IMG/VR virus record: IMGVR_UViG_3300002091_000091
Coordinates: 1-28,819 of that record
Reading direction: 5' to 3' (one strand)
DNA length: 28,819 nucleotides
Source: a virus
Lineage: Duplodnaviria > Caudoviricetes
Under the pieces are notes generated by a model that searched no databases, had not been told where the DNA came from, and worked only from the letters and a program-made list of their open reading frames with translations. The position numbers were made by a program, and so were the translations under genes. This document shows positions 8,568-17,946 of this stretch, one piece after another (position 1 is the first letter of the stretch; every line of letters begins with the position of its first letter).

Positions 8568-9398
8568 TTAAACTGCAGTAGCAGAATAGTAACCGTGATA
8601 ACCGAAGTTAAATTTCACGAGTACTTCTGGATACTGTGTGAACACCAATGTTGAGCTTGCTGCAAATGCTGTTGTTGGTGCTGCATTTAGAACAACCGTA
8701 GTAGCACCAGCAGCGGCAGCTGTAGCAACATACGAACCACTTTGAATGATCTGACCAGATGAATCCAAAGAACCTACATCAGTACCAACTACCAACGCAG
8801 CAGCGTTAGAAGAAGCTAATGTAACGGTTGCTGTAGAAATACTAGAGTAAACGCCAGTACCTAGAGCAACTGCAGTATCACGAACAATATCAATTACACG
8901 GAAAGGCAGTGTAGCTGTACTGAGTGAAGCTGGAACCAAAATTGCATTGGCTGAGTCACCTGTATTTGTGTTACCAGCGTTAGTAGTAATACCACCAACG
9001 TTAGAACCGATCATTACTTGAGCTGCAGAACCAATGGTAGAACCAGAAGTACACATAACAGCCTTGATAACGATATCTGGATCATCGGAAATGATTGCAG
9101 TGATATCACCAGCATTAATAGAGCCAGGATAGTACTGTGACCATAAACGTTGCTTAGTTGTTGGGCTAGTGTAGTAGCAACCCAAGAACACACCAGTAGT
9201 TTGGTTAGCAGTAGTTGCAGATGCAATTGATGCACGGGTAACAAACCCGTTTACTTCTTTAATCGCGTCGCCAAAAAAGATTGGGGTTGCATAGGCATAC
9301 TGAATCTGCACATTACGTGTAGAGCCAGAAAATACCTGACCACCAATCAAATTAAGCGGCTTGTACCCATAAGGGGCTGGAACGATAGGATAAGCCAT
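8568..9398 (-). CDS. putative capsid-associated structural protein
   Basis: 276 aa immediately upstream of the capsid gene; PYGYKP, GVFLGC and DDPD motifs; A/T/S-rich. Confidence 0.65.
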   Translation of the reverse strand: MAYPIVPAPYGYKPLNLIGGQVFSGSTRNVQIQYAYATPIFFGDAIKEVNGFVTRASIASATTANQTTGVFLGCYYTSPTTKQRLWSQYYPGSINAGDITAIISDDPDIVIKAVMCTSGSTIGSAAQVMIGSNVGGITTNAGNTNTGDSANAILVPASLSTATLPFRVIDIVRDTAVALGTGVYSSISTATVTLASSNAAALVVGTDVGSLDSSGQIIQSGSYVATAAAAGATTVVLNAAPTTAFAASSTLVFTQYPEVLVKFNFGYHGYYSATAV

Positions 9399-9412
9399 TT
9401 AGAACTCCTAAG

Positions 9413-9865
9413 TTATTGATTACCTTTACCAAAACTAGTCGAGGATCTGCTTTCTTTAAAAATCGGCATTCTCGAATCGCTTTGGCGCATTAAATTATTA
9501 TCTACAGCTTCTGTCTGGGCCTGGGTTTGTCTAGCGTAATACTCTTGCTGTTGAACCAAGAACTCTTCGGGAGTTTTGCAAAGTAATAATCCGCCGATCT
9601 CGATATTGTCTTTAAAACGACTATCAGGATCAACTAACAGTTTAAATTTGGGTTGCTCTTCAATTCTTACTGGCTCCCAACCTTCTCTTATTTTGGAAGA
9701 GACGTTGCGTGGGTCAGCTTTATCAAGCATCGAAACACGAATCCAACGATACGCATACCCAGCCTCTTTGTCAGGCTCTGGGAGTAATTCTGGGGGCATC
9801 CACTGTTTAGGACGTTCCTGTGTTACACGGGTATCTAATTCACGAGTAATTCTGTTGTTAGCCAT
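9413..9865 (-). CDS. conserved head-module hypothetical protein
   Basis: 150 aa; YRWIR, REGWEPV and GGLLLCK motifs; between scaffold and capsid genes. Confidence 0.7.
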   Translation of the reverse strand: MANNRITRELDTRVTQERPKQWMPPELLPEPDKEAGYAYRWIRVSMLDKADPRNVSSKIREGWEPVRIEEQPKFKLLVDPDSRFKDNIEIGGLLLCKTPEEFLVQQQEYYARQTQAQTEAVDNNLMRQSDSRMPIFKESRSSTSFGKGNQ

Positions 9866-10818
9866 TATTGTTTCTCCAATTTCATTTGTTCACGGGCATA
9901 CTGCTCTGGGGTTAAACCAAGCTTTTTAGCAATTGCTTGCGCTGAGGTTGTTAAGTTCACTTTTTTGGAAGATGTACTACGGGTCGCAGGCGCTACAACT
10001 ACCTTTGGCTTAGCTTTAGTAACAGGTTTTTGGGCCTCTTCTTCGCTCTCTGCCTCCCCTTCTAAAGTACTAAAGTACTCAGGGAACTTTTCACGCATAG
10101 TTTTGTCAATGCGTTTGAAATATTGGTCGGTACCAACAATGTTCTGTCCGTACTCGTCTAACAATTCTTCATGCACACCTACAGCAAAACTGGACATAGC
10201 CTTTTTGGAACCATACCAAGGATTACTATCTAGCCATGCTTGAGTTTTAGGCTCAATTTTTGGCTTAGTGTCTTGCACTGACTCTATTGTTACATCCTTT
10301 TCAAAATCTTGTAAAGCACTAGGTTTAAAATGCTTAGCTTGCTGAGTTTTATAAGACGCTTCGTTAAGTTTGGTCTGTGCTTCGACAATTAGATTAGCGT
10401 CGCCACTCTCTAATGCGTCCTTGTAGTCCCGTTGGGCTTGTTGTAGCTCGAGGTTAGCAGAGCTTTGTACGGTCTCAATGTAGGATTTTTCGCCTGTAGT
10501 GAGGGTTGCACGTAGTCTTTTATTCTCTTCGAGGGCTTTTTTCGCTAGGTTAATAGCTTCTTGCTGCTCTCTTAAAGCTGCTTCTTTAGCCCTACGCTCG
10601 TCATTCCATACCTTTTTATACTGCGCAAGGCGTTCTTTTTGAGCTTTTGGGTCTAATTCTTCTTCCTCTGGGTCTGTCTTTTCCAGTTTTTCTACAATCT
10701 CTTTGGGCATTGGCTCACGATTGCGGTCTTCTGGGGGTGTGTCATCTTCGATTTCGATTTCGATATTTAAGTCTTCGTTGTCGATTTCATCGGGAAATTT
10801 GTACTCTTGTTCGGCCAT
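9865..10818 (-). CDS. putative capsid scaffolding protein
   Basis: acidic N-terminus, long coiled coil, C-terminal AKKLGLTPEQYA helix; start MAEQ after AAGGAG. Confidence 0.7.
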   Translation of the reverse strand: MAEQEYKFPDEIDNEDLNIEIEIEDDTPPEDRNREPMPKEIVEKLEKTDPEEEELDPKAQKERLAQYKKVWNDERRAKEAALREQQEAINLAKKALEENKRLRATLTTGEKSYIETVQSSANLELQQAQRDYKDALESGDANLIVEAQTKLNEASYKTQQAKHFKPSALQDFEKDVTIESVQDTKPKIEPKTQAWLDSNPWYGSKKAMSSFAVGVHEELLDEYGQNIVGTDQYFKRIDKTMREKFPEYFSTLEGEAESEEEAQKPVTKAKPKVVVAPATRSTSSKKVNLTTSAQAIAKKLGLTPEQYAREQMKLEKQ

Positions 10819-10828
10819 TTGGGGCTCC

Positions 10829-11248
10829 TTAATTTGCACGTTTGATGCCGCGTGGGTCTTGAACTACGGCCTCTACGGAATCATCGTTGATCATACGAAA
10901 CTCACGGCCATGAATAAGTAGGCGTGTACCAGCATTGGGTCTGACCAATACAAAATCACCTTGTTTACACCACGGACCTGAGGGGAAACGCTCTTTATCT
11001 GAATAACAGTCTGGACCAAGCGATACTACGAATAAGACTGTTGCCAGCTTTTCCTCGAAGTTAATCGTTGTATCTGCCTTAAGAATCCCGCTATCAAATT
11101 CTTTTTCCACTTCTGGTACAGCGCACATAATGCGATAACCTGATGGAGTTGGTACTTGGCGGGCTTTTGCTTCTTCTGTTGCTTGTAAATTTACTGAACC
11201 TACTATTTCTGGATTATTGGGGTTTGAGCCAATAAGTATTTCAGTCAT
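10829..11248 (-). CDS. groES: co-chaperonin GroES (Cpn10) family protein
   Basis: PSGYRI, SGIL, V..LGPD, GDFVL and GREFRMINDDSVEAVV match the Cpn10 pattern; likely start MTEIL at 11248. Confidence 0.8.
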   Translation of the reverse strand: MTEILIGSNPNNPEIVGSVNLQATEEAKARQVPTPSGYRIMCAVPEVEKEFDSGILKADTTINFEEKLATVLFVVSLGPDCYSDKERFPSGPWCKQGDFVLVRPNAGTRLLIHGREFRMINDDSVEAVVQDPRGIKRAN

Positions 11249-11429
11249 CTGAGTGCTCCAATTGTTGTTTGAGGTCTTCAATGATTGCACATGCAGCTTC
11301 TAGACCTCGAATCTGTCCACATGTGTACCTATATTCCTCAAAGTCTGTACAGGCGCCTCTGGATAATGCTGTTTGTAGCATCGCCATCCGCTCCTTTAGT
11401 TCTTTGAGGTAATACTCGTTTTGATCCAT
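11241..11429 (-). CDS. conserved small phage protein
   Basis: 62 aa with EEYRY.CGQIRGL; coupled to the portal stop. Confidence 0.7.
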   Translation of the reverse strand: MDQNEYYLKELKERMAMLQTALSRGACTDFEEYRYTCGQIRGLEAACAIIEDLKQQLEHSDD

Positions 11430-13975
11430 TATTCTTTACCTTTTGGGGTTTGATTACGGGATTGTGCTTCTAATTGTGCCAAGGCTTGCTCGTGTGTAAG
11501 TCTAGCCTGACGGTTCTGAGCGGCAATTTGATCTTTAGATTTAGCTACATCTACGCCAACTCTTAGACCATCTATTTGCTGCCTTGCTGCTAAATTCGCC
11601 TTATCATTTTGGGTTTTTGCTCCAATATTCATACCAGCGATTTTTTCTTGTGACGCTATGCGTGCCCGCTCAAGCTCGATCTGATCTGCCTTAGCTGCAG
11701 CATCGGTAATAACTTTCTTCTGCTTGGTCTGGGCATCCATCTGTTTAATCTGGAGTTCTTGTTGTTGCATTTGAACGATCGGATCTTGTTGCGCTTGTTG
11801 AGCTTGTTGTGCTGCAATAGCTGTCTTGTTCTGATTGAGGATAACTTGCGATGCTTGCGCTGCGAGTTGAGAAATATGGACTTCCATTGCTGGAGGCATA
11901 CCTTGATCTTCTGGGTCATCATCTGGGTGGAACGGCAACTCTGCGCCCATCTGAGCTTCCATTTGTTTGCGATACTCATAGGCAATGTGCTCATTAATAT
12001 GAGCGGTCATTGTTGCCATAAGTGTTTGCGCCTGTGGGTTCTGGCCAATAAGCTGAGCAATTTTAGGATCTTGCATAGCAGACTTATGCACTGTGATATG
12101 AGCTTGGTGATCTTGGTAGAGGAATGCCTTGACAGGCTTGCCCATGAGAATGTTTTGATTCTCAGTTATCGGATCTTCTGGCTTTTTATCATCTGGTAGA
12201 GCTACAAGTTTTTGCGCATTCTTAATACCAAGAACTTCTAACATCTGACGATGTAAGTATGGCAAGTTATATAACTGCGGCGCCTGCTGTGCTAACTGCA
12301 TAACTGCCTGATACTGAACCACTTTTTGCGACATGGTAGCTGCATTAGGATCACTAACAGGAATAACCTCTACTAAGTCATAGTCAGACTTCTTAGCTTT
12401 GCGACTTCCCTCTTCTGGCTCATATGTGTACTCATCAGGGGTATAGTCACGAATAATGTCGCGCAGGAGACAGAGCTCTTTCTTAAGTGAATAGTGGATG
12501 CGGGCTTGTACTGCGGACATAACTTTCAGGGTACGTTCTAGAATTGCTAGGGTTGTACCAACGGGGGCTTGAGCGGACATGTCACTAACTTGTAAGTCAG
12601 CTGCACCAGCAAAGCCACGACCTTCTGTAATAATTTTATCTAAGAGACCTGCAAGGACTTGACTTGGTTCTTTGTAGGGTAGTGGCATGATGTTGTCGCG
12701 CATGGTCCCACTTGGAACGTCGACATCTCTAAATTCACCGGGGGCGATGGGGGTGTCGTCTCCTTTGACACGCAGTCCACGGGTCTTAAAGCCACCTGGC
12801 AAGTTTGCAAGTGATCCGGCATCGACAAGCTGACGTAGGATAGAAGTCCCGCTCTTAGCAAATGCCCCAATAAGATGAATAAGACCAAAACAATAAAAAC
12901 CAAAACCAGGTATGTAACCGTAGTGTACAAAGTGCGATCGGGCTTTTCTGAGTTCATCTTCTGGTCTCCAGTTTCTGCGAATAGCTAGGATAGTACCTGT
13001 AGCTTTCTCGATTGTTACAATATATGGAAGTGCAATACCAGTTGGCTCGCCTTCATCGTCGGTGTCCTCATACCCTTCAAGGTCAAGGTTAACCATCATT
13101 TCTAAAATCTTATAGCGGCTATCTACTGAGGCACGAAAGCCCATCTTCTCCGCAATTTTCTTCTCTACTTCATCAAAGCTATCTACTGGCTCAGGTAGGT
13201 CAATATCTAACCAAAACCCAGCATGTTGCAATATGCGAACTTCATTCTCTGTCTTGCGCATCACATGTGTTACACGCGGAGCTGACTCTAAACTTGAAGC
13301 ACCATAAGGTACAACTAAGTCTTCGGCCGGGACAAACATACTAACTTGGCGATTTAAACTTGGGTCAAAGTAAACCTTTTTGAACGCATTACCCGATAGA
13401 CCTAAGCCCCACAACATTCGCTCGGTTTCTGGGCGGTACTCTTCCATCACGTCGGTTAGCTGGTAGTTCATGTCATCTTGGACACGAGTTGCTGCATCTT
13501 TTTTCTCTTGGGTTTCTTTACCAATGATCTGGGTTTTTACAGGGCCCGATGCAGGGAATATGCTAGTAATTGTTTCTGCTTGGAACTTAACTAGGGTTTC
13601 TGATAATAGCGGATGGTACACACCACAAGCACCAGGCCAAGGCTCCATGCGCTCTTCGATGTTCATACCTAGCAACTGCAGGCCATCTACGTATGTTTGT
13701 ATCCAGTCTTTGCGAGAGCTGACATCTTCTTCGTACTCTCCAACTAAATCACTAGCTAGCATCTGCAAAACGGAAGAAGGAAGGTACTCGGCTAAGTTAT
13801 CATCAAACCCTTCTTCGTCCTCACCGTCTTTCTCGATGCGAACGATAGGCTTTCCATTAGCGTCAATCTCTACGGCTTCTGGGTCCTCAATAGTAATTTC
13901 TAAATCTGGCTCTTCCTCTTGGGATGCCTGATCAATCCCTATCGGGGCTGCGTATAAACCTTTTTCCATTGCCAT
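11429..13975 (-). CDS. portal protein (podoviral, P22/N4-like size)
   Basis: 848 aa after TerL; GSAFKK-like GNAFKKVYFD motif and Q-rich coiled C-terminal barrel-like region. Confidence 0.85.
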   Translation of the reverse strand: MAMEKGLYAAPIGIDQASQEEEPDLEITIEDPEAVEIDANGKPIVRIEKDGEDEEGFDDNLAEYLPSSVLQMLASDLVGEYEEDVSSRKDWIQTYVDGLQLLGMNIEERMEPWPGACGVYHPLLSETLVKFQAETITSIFPASGPVKTQIIGKETQEKKDAATRVQDDMNYQLTDVMEEYRPETERMLWGLGLSGNAFKKVYFDPSLNRQVSMFVPAEDLVVPYGASSLESAPRVTHVMRKTENEVRILQHAGFWLDIDLPEPVDSFDEVEKKIAEKMGFRASVDSRYKILEMMVNLDLEGYEDTDDEGEPTGIALPYIVTIEKATGTILAIRRNWRPEDELRKARSHFVHYGYIPGFGFYCFGLIHLIGAFAKSGTSILRQLVDAGSLANLPGGFKTRGLRVKGDDTPIAPGEFRDVDVPSGTMRDNIMPLPYKEPSQVLAGLLDKIITEGRGFAGAADLQVSDMSAQAPVGTTLAILERTLKVMSAVQARIHYSLKKELCLLRDIIRDYTPDEYTYEPEEGSRKAKKSDYDLVEVIPVSDPNAATMSQKVVQYQAVMQLAQQAPQLYNLPYLHRQMLEVLGIKNAQKLVALPDDKKPEDPITENQNILMGKPVKAFLYQDHQAHITVHKSAMQDPKIAQLIGQNPQAQTLMATMTAHINEHIAYEYRKQMEAQMGAELPFHPDDDPEDQGMPPAMEVHISQLAAQASQVILNQNKTAIAAQQAQQAQQDPIVQMQQQELQIKQMDAQTKQKKVITDAAAKADQIELERARIASQEKIAGMNIGAKTQNDKANLAARQQIDGLRVGVDVAKSKDQIAAQNRQARLTHEQALAQLEAQSRNQTPKGKE

Positions 13976-13977
13976 AA

Positions 13978-14241
13978 TTATTTCCTAAGTGTCGCTCTGT
14001 TTGTTTTTGGGTCGTACTTATACTCGGATGGAGTTCGCCCAGATTCTTTAGTTGCTCTATCTAATGCACGTTCCCTAGCAGTCATATTGTCACGTTTCTG
14101 ACCTGCTTTCGTTAATGTTTTTCCGTCTGCTTCTAACTGACCCCGCTTTTGTAAGATACCAATAGCTGTTTCTTTGCTACCCACTTGAGCTGCAAGTCTT
14201 TCAACCAATTGATGGCGCCCCATATACTTTTGCGTTGTCAT
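13978..14241 (-). CDS. small basic hypothetical protein
   Basis: 87 aa ORF coupled to the TerL stop, filling the gap to the portal gene. Confidence 0.6.
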   Translation of the reverse strand: MTTQKYMGRHQLVERLAAQVGSKETAIGILQKRGQLEADGKTLTKAGQKRDNMTARERALDRATKESGRTPSEYKYDPKTNRATLRK

Positions 14242-15788
14242 ACGTTGTAGTACCCCATATTTCGCTTTGACCTAAACTGCAGTGGCTCATCTTCCTCATC
14301 GGAATCTAAGCGAACAAAGCCCCCACGACGAAAACGTAACAATGCCTGGGTCATCGAATCTACTAAGTCATCGTGCTCCCCAGATGGAAAACTTGCTACA
14401 TCTTCTACTAACTCTTCTGCCCAATGTGTTGCAGGCACCCAAACTCTTCCCGAAGCGAACATATCTGCCACGGCATTTAATCTAGCTATTTTATCATTGC
14501 CTTTGCTAGGAGTGTACTCTTGAACGGGGATACCCATTGCTCGCAACTCAAAAACAAGGGGTGCCCCAGAAGCTTTAGCTTCCACAATGAGAGCATCAGG
14601 TTCCCATTCTTTATAGTGTTCTAGCGCTGTTTGCTTTAACTCTGGGAACTCCATACGCTGTTTAAAGGAGTTAAGAAGGATAATACAGGCTATTGGAACA
14701 ACGTTTTGCCCACGTTTTTCGTCGTTATAAAACACACCCCAAGTAGTGCAAGCACTATAGTCTGAACGTTGTGTCTTTAAGAAAGCTGTGTCCCAGCTCT
14801 GTATGATAAATTCGCAAGGCGGTGGGGTATCGCTTTCCCATATCTTCCACCATTCTCGTTTGACAATAGCAGACACATCTGAGGTAGGGGACTGCATATA
14901 CTGCGCCATCCACTTACCATTTGGCAGTTCATTACGTAAGGCTAAGAGCTCTTCTAATTTCCAAAACTCAGGCCATAGAGGTTTTTCGTCCGGTAAAATA
15001 GCAGGGAACTCAATTACTTCCCATTGTTCGCCACTGCGTGCAGATGCAGCTTTAACTACTTGCCCAGTTAGATCTTTCTTAGACCATCGGGTCATAACTA
15101 TAATAATTGCACCACCTGGCTGTAGGCGCTGACGAGGTCCAGAGGTATACCACTCGTAAGTCTTATCGTAAACCTCAGGGTTTGACTCTGCTAGGGTTGC
15201 TTCTTGTTCTGAATGTGGGTCATCAATAATGAGGATATCCGCGCCCTTACCCGTAACTGCTCCTCCCACACCAATAGCAAAATAGTCTCCACCTTGGTTA
15301 GTCGCCCACCGGCCAGCAGCCTTAGAATCAGATTGGAGCCCCACGCCCGGGAATATGGACTTATATACATCTGAATCAACCAAGTTACGCACTTTTCTAC
15401 CAAACCCGACCGCCAGCTCTGCTGTATGTGCTGTCTCGATAATCTTCTTTTTTGGAAACTTACCAAGAAACCAAGCGGGTAATAGATAAGAAGCGAACTC
15501 AGATTTAGTGTGGCGAGGCGGCATATTGATAATAAGCCGTTTAACTTCTCCATTTGCTACCCTTTCAAATGCTCGTGCCATCTCTTGATGATGTTCACCG
15601 TCAATAAACCCAGGCCATACCTTATGAGCAAAATCCATAAAGTTTTCCTGGCAATTTTCTACTTCTTTAGACTCCACAGTCTCAGATAGATCAGCATAAA
15701 GAGCCCTTAGTTGGCCCTCGTTTAGCTTTGTCAGGTTACTTTCTAGAGCTTTTAGCTCTGCGTTACTCAGTTTCTTGAGCGCTGTCAT
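14238..15788 (-). CDS. terL: terminase large subunit
   Basis: Walker A MPPRHTKS, Walker B IIDDPH, C-motif MTRW, nuclease SWDTA and HDDLVDS. Confidence 0.93.
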   Translation of the reverse strand: MTALKKLSNAELKALESNLTKLNEGQLRALYADLSETVESKEVENCQENFMDFAHKVWPGFIDGEHHQEMARAFERVANGEVKRLIINMPPRHTKSEFASYLLPAWFLGKFPKKKIIETAHTAELAVGFGRKVRNLVDSDVYKSIFPGVGLQSDSKAAGRWATNQGGDYFAIGVGGAVTGKGADILIIDDPHSEQEATLAESNPEVYDKTYEWYTSGPRQRLQPGGAIIIVMTRWSKKDLTGQVVKAASARSGEQWEVIEFPAILPDEKPLWPEFWKLEELLALRNELPNGKWMAQYMQSPTSDVSAIVKREWWKIWESDTPPPCEFIIQSWDTAFLKTQRSDYSACTTWGVFYNDEKRGQNVVPIACIILLNSFKQRMEFPELKQTALEHYKEWEPDALIVEAKASGAPLVFELRAMGIPVQEYTPSKGNDKIARLNAVADMFASGRVWVPATHWAEELVEDVASFPSGEHDDLVDSMTQALLRFRRGGFVRLDSDEEDEPLQFRSKRNMGYYNV

Positions 15789-16356
15789 CGTCTAAATCTT
15801 TAGTAAGGCGTTCTGAGGTGGGGGTTATATCAATTGTGTTCATTTGCATGAGCAAACGTATCTTTTCCCTGATTCCTTCTTGCAATTCAAGGGAATTTTT
15901 GTGTGTAATAGTAATTTCTTGGTGTTCTGTGAACAAATCTGAGGCTTTTCCAAGTAATTCGACCGCTTTAATAGCTATTTTTAAGTCGTCTTCTTTACTC
16001 ATCTCAAGCAGTCTATTAACTGCAATGTTGCGAAGCTGTACTTTATCCGCAATAACCTGTTTGTCGTAGTGAGATATATACCCTGCTAACGCATAAGCAA
16101 CGCCCGGGGTTGACGCAACAGCAACTTCTTTTTTCTGAACTGGTTTAGAAGGGTCTTCGCCGTCTATTTGAGCAAAAAGTCTACGAGCTTCTTCTTGTTC
16201 TTCTTCTGTAACTTCCATAGTAGCGCCAAGCTCTTTTAATATGAGGGCTGTGTTCGCTTTAATGCGTAAGTTATCTGAATGTGACTGTGCCACAGCATCA
16301 CGGGTGTGACTTTCTGGGTGTGGAACGTCTTTGGTCGGTTCTACATTTACCGGCAT
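15763..16356 (-). CDS. putative terminase small subunit
   Basis: 197 aa helical protein directly upstream of and overlapping terL; AIKAVELLGK..DLFTE motif. Confidence 0.55.
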   Translation of the reverse strand: MPVNVEPTKDVPHPESHTRDAVAQSHSDNLRIKANTALILKELGATMEVTEEEQEEARRLFAQIDGEDPSKPVQKKEVAVASTPGVAYALAGYISHYDKQVIADKVQLRNIAVNRLLEMSKEDDLKIAIKAVELLGKASDLFTEHQEITITHKNSLELQEGIREKIRLLMQMNTIDITPTSERLTKDLDDDSAQETE

Positions 16357-16373
16357 GTTTGGTTGCAGGTTGG

Positions 16374-16733
16374 TTATGATGGGCTAAGTGTACCAGCTTT
16401 TTCGTCGTAATGATGTTTTCTGTGGCAATTTGCGCATAATACTATGCACTTTTTAATTTCTTTATACGCTTTAGTAAACATCCTATTACTGATTAGCTGA
16501 CTAACCTCGTACTCTTTTTCGGTAGGATCTATATGGTGGAAGTCTAATGTAGCTGTATGGTTTTCTGGACAGCGAGCGCAATGTAGGGCTGACTTATATA
16601 AGTCCCATTTTTCTTTGCCTCGTTTAGAGGACTGCGCTGTGGTAGCTAATACCTTATCTTTATTTGCTAGATAGTACTTACGGCTGTACTCCTTGTGCTT
16701 GCTTTTTCTTACGCTCTCGTCTTTGTATGGCAT
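16374..16733 (-). CDS. HNH endonuclease
   Basis: CARC, LDFHH and LCANCHRKHH motifs; adjacent to the terminase genes. Confidence 0.8.
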   Translation of the reverse strand: MPYKDESVRKSKHKEYSRKYYLANKDKVLATTAQSSKRGKEKWDLYKSALHCARCPENHTATLDFHHIDPTEKEYEVSQLISNRMFTKAYKEIKKCIVLCANCHRKHHYDEKAGTLSPS

Positions 16734-17166
16734 CTGGATCTAGTTTCCTTTTCCAATAAACGGCCTTGGACATCCCCCAAGGATTTGCTGGAGTATACAT
16801 CTTGAAACCTGCATTGATTAAAGAATTTGCACTAGCGGGATTATTTGTTGTATCCGTGATACACCATGCCCAACCTAACTTCTTAGCTTGCACGAGGCGA
16901 ACTTTAATCATACGTAGTTGTAGGCCATGACCTGTAAAGCCATCCATTACACCTGCTCTACATAAGTAACCGGTATCTGTCCATTTGATCGAGCGTGCCA
17001 GACCCGCAAAACCTACGGGCTTCCCACATTCTGCATAAGCTATCCACCAATGTCCGCGGTCCGGTGTGTATGGTTGGTCTGCTGGCAAAATCTTTTTCTG
17101 AAGAAACACTAACAGATTCCGAATTGCTGGGTTTCTTATATCTACTTTTCTTACCGTGAACTTCAT
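16678..17166 (-). CDS. GNAT-family acetyltransferase
   Basis: PVGFAG, motif-A-like FTGHGLQLRMI and NPASANSL...GF. Confidence 0.75.
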   Translation of the reverse strand: MKFTVRKVDIRNPAIRNLLVFLQKKILPADQPYTPDRGHWWIAYAECGKPVGFAGLARSIKWTDTGYLCRAGVMDGFTGHGLQLRMIKVRLVQAKKLGWAWCITDTTNNPASANSLINAGFKMYTPANPWGMSKAVYWKRKLDPDAIQRRERKKKQAQGVQP

Positions 17167-17193
17167 ACATTGGGTCCCCTTCCGTGAATCTAA

Positions 17194-17222
17194 ATTATAC
17201 CGGGGGGTATGTGGGAGGTAAA
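17194..17222 (-). promoter_or_regulatory. putative sigma70 promoter for the packaging operon
   Basis: TTTACC-17 bp-TATAAT on the minus strand upstream of the GNAT gene. Confidence 0.45.
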
Positions 17223-17270
17223 CGACCTATAGGGGGGTATTTCTAGAGAATAGGATTGTCTATGTTGCCT

Positions 17271-17300
17271 AAAAACAACGTATGGGGGCCGTAGCCCCCT
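17271..17300 (-). terminator. putative terminator hairpin
   Basis: GGGGGC-TACG-GCCCCC hairpin followed at a short distance by GTTGTTTTT. Confidence 0.45.
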
Positions 17301-17311
17301 AATTTTATTAC

Positions 17312-17440
17312 TTATTTTATTTTAAAGAACTCTTTCCAGCTAGAAGTAATGCAGCCAGCCCAGAATTCATATGCTTGCTTGGTTTGGTCAGATAGAGCTT
17401 CAAAGCGCTTAAATACTTTTTCAAAATCAGTTTCGAACAT
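17312..17440 (-). CDS. 42-aa amphipathic helical protein (phasin-like candidate)
   Basis: not in the ORF track; MFETDFEKVFKRFEALSDQTKQAYEFWAGCITSSWKEFFKIK with AGGAG RBS, own promoter and downstream hairpin. Confidence 0.6.
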   Translation of the reverse strand: MFETDFEKVFKRFEALSDQTKQAYEFWAGCITSSWKEFFKIK

Positions 17441-17492
17441 TATGTTCTCCTATAAGTAGTGTTGGGCCCTACTTTTGTAGGGGGTTTTGTGT

Positions 17493-17521
17493 AGTATACG
17501 ATACATTTTGTTGCAATGCAA
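17493..17521 (-). promoter_or_regulatory. sigma70 promoter with TTGCAATGCAA palindrome over the -35
   Basis: TTGCAT-17 bp-TATACT on the minus strand; palindrome at 17511-17521. Confidence 0.55.
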
Positions 17522-17867
17522 TATTTGATATATGACAGTTCCGTATGCATATTGTTTTGATATGTATACTTTTTGCGGTTTTTTATACACGTTTTATTAA
17601 AGTTTCATGCACTTTATGGCACATGTTTGCATGGCTTTTTCTTTTGTAATCATAAGGTTACAGTAATGTTCCATTTAGGTAGTCTTAAAATTTTTTATAT
17701 AGGGGGGTGGGGGTGTGCACTATAAAGAGGCATGGGGGATGTTTCTAGAATTTTATTTTTAATATATCTACTGTGCAAAACACTGTGTATGTATTGCAGT
17801 GGGTCCCATTGTTGGTATATCGGGGCATGGGGGTATAGTGGGGTAGGCTGGCTGGCATAGCGAATCA

Positions 17868-17897
17868 GGACAATCTGAGTTAAAGCTAAATTAGTCT
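17868..17897. repeat. degenerate copy of the 12-6-12 palindromic site
   Basis: GGACAATCTGAG-TTAAAG-CTAAATTAGTCT; several mismatches but the same spacing. Confidence 0.4.
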
Positions 17898-17917
17898 GAA
17901 AATAATCTCGAAAAGGC

Positions 17918-17946
17918 TTGACAATGTAAGTATTATTTGCGATACT
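17918..17946 (+). promoter_or_regulatory. sigma70 early promoter 1
   Basis: TTGACA-17 bp-GATACT with TG upstream of the -10. Confidence 0.7.

Noticed and set aside
138-16069. Plus-strand ORFs overlapping the structural genes (e.g. 5326-5760, 11759-12199, 13470-13931)
   Set aside because: Antisense shadows of well-supported minus-strand genes, without RBS or recognisable motifs
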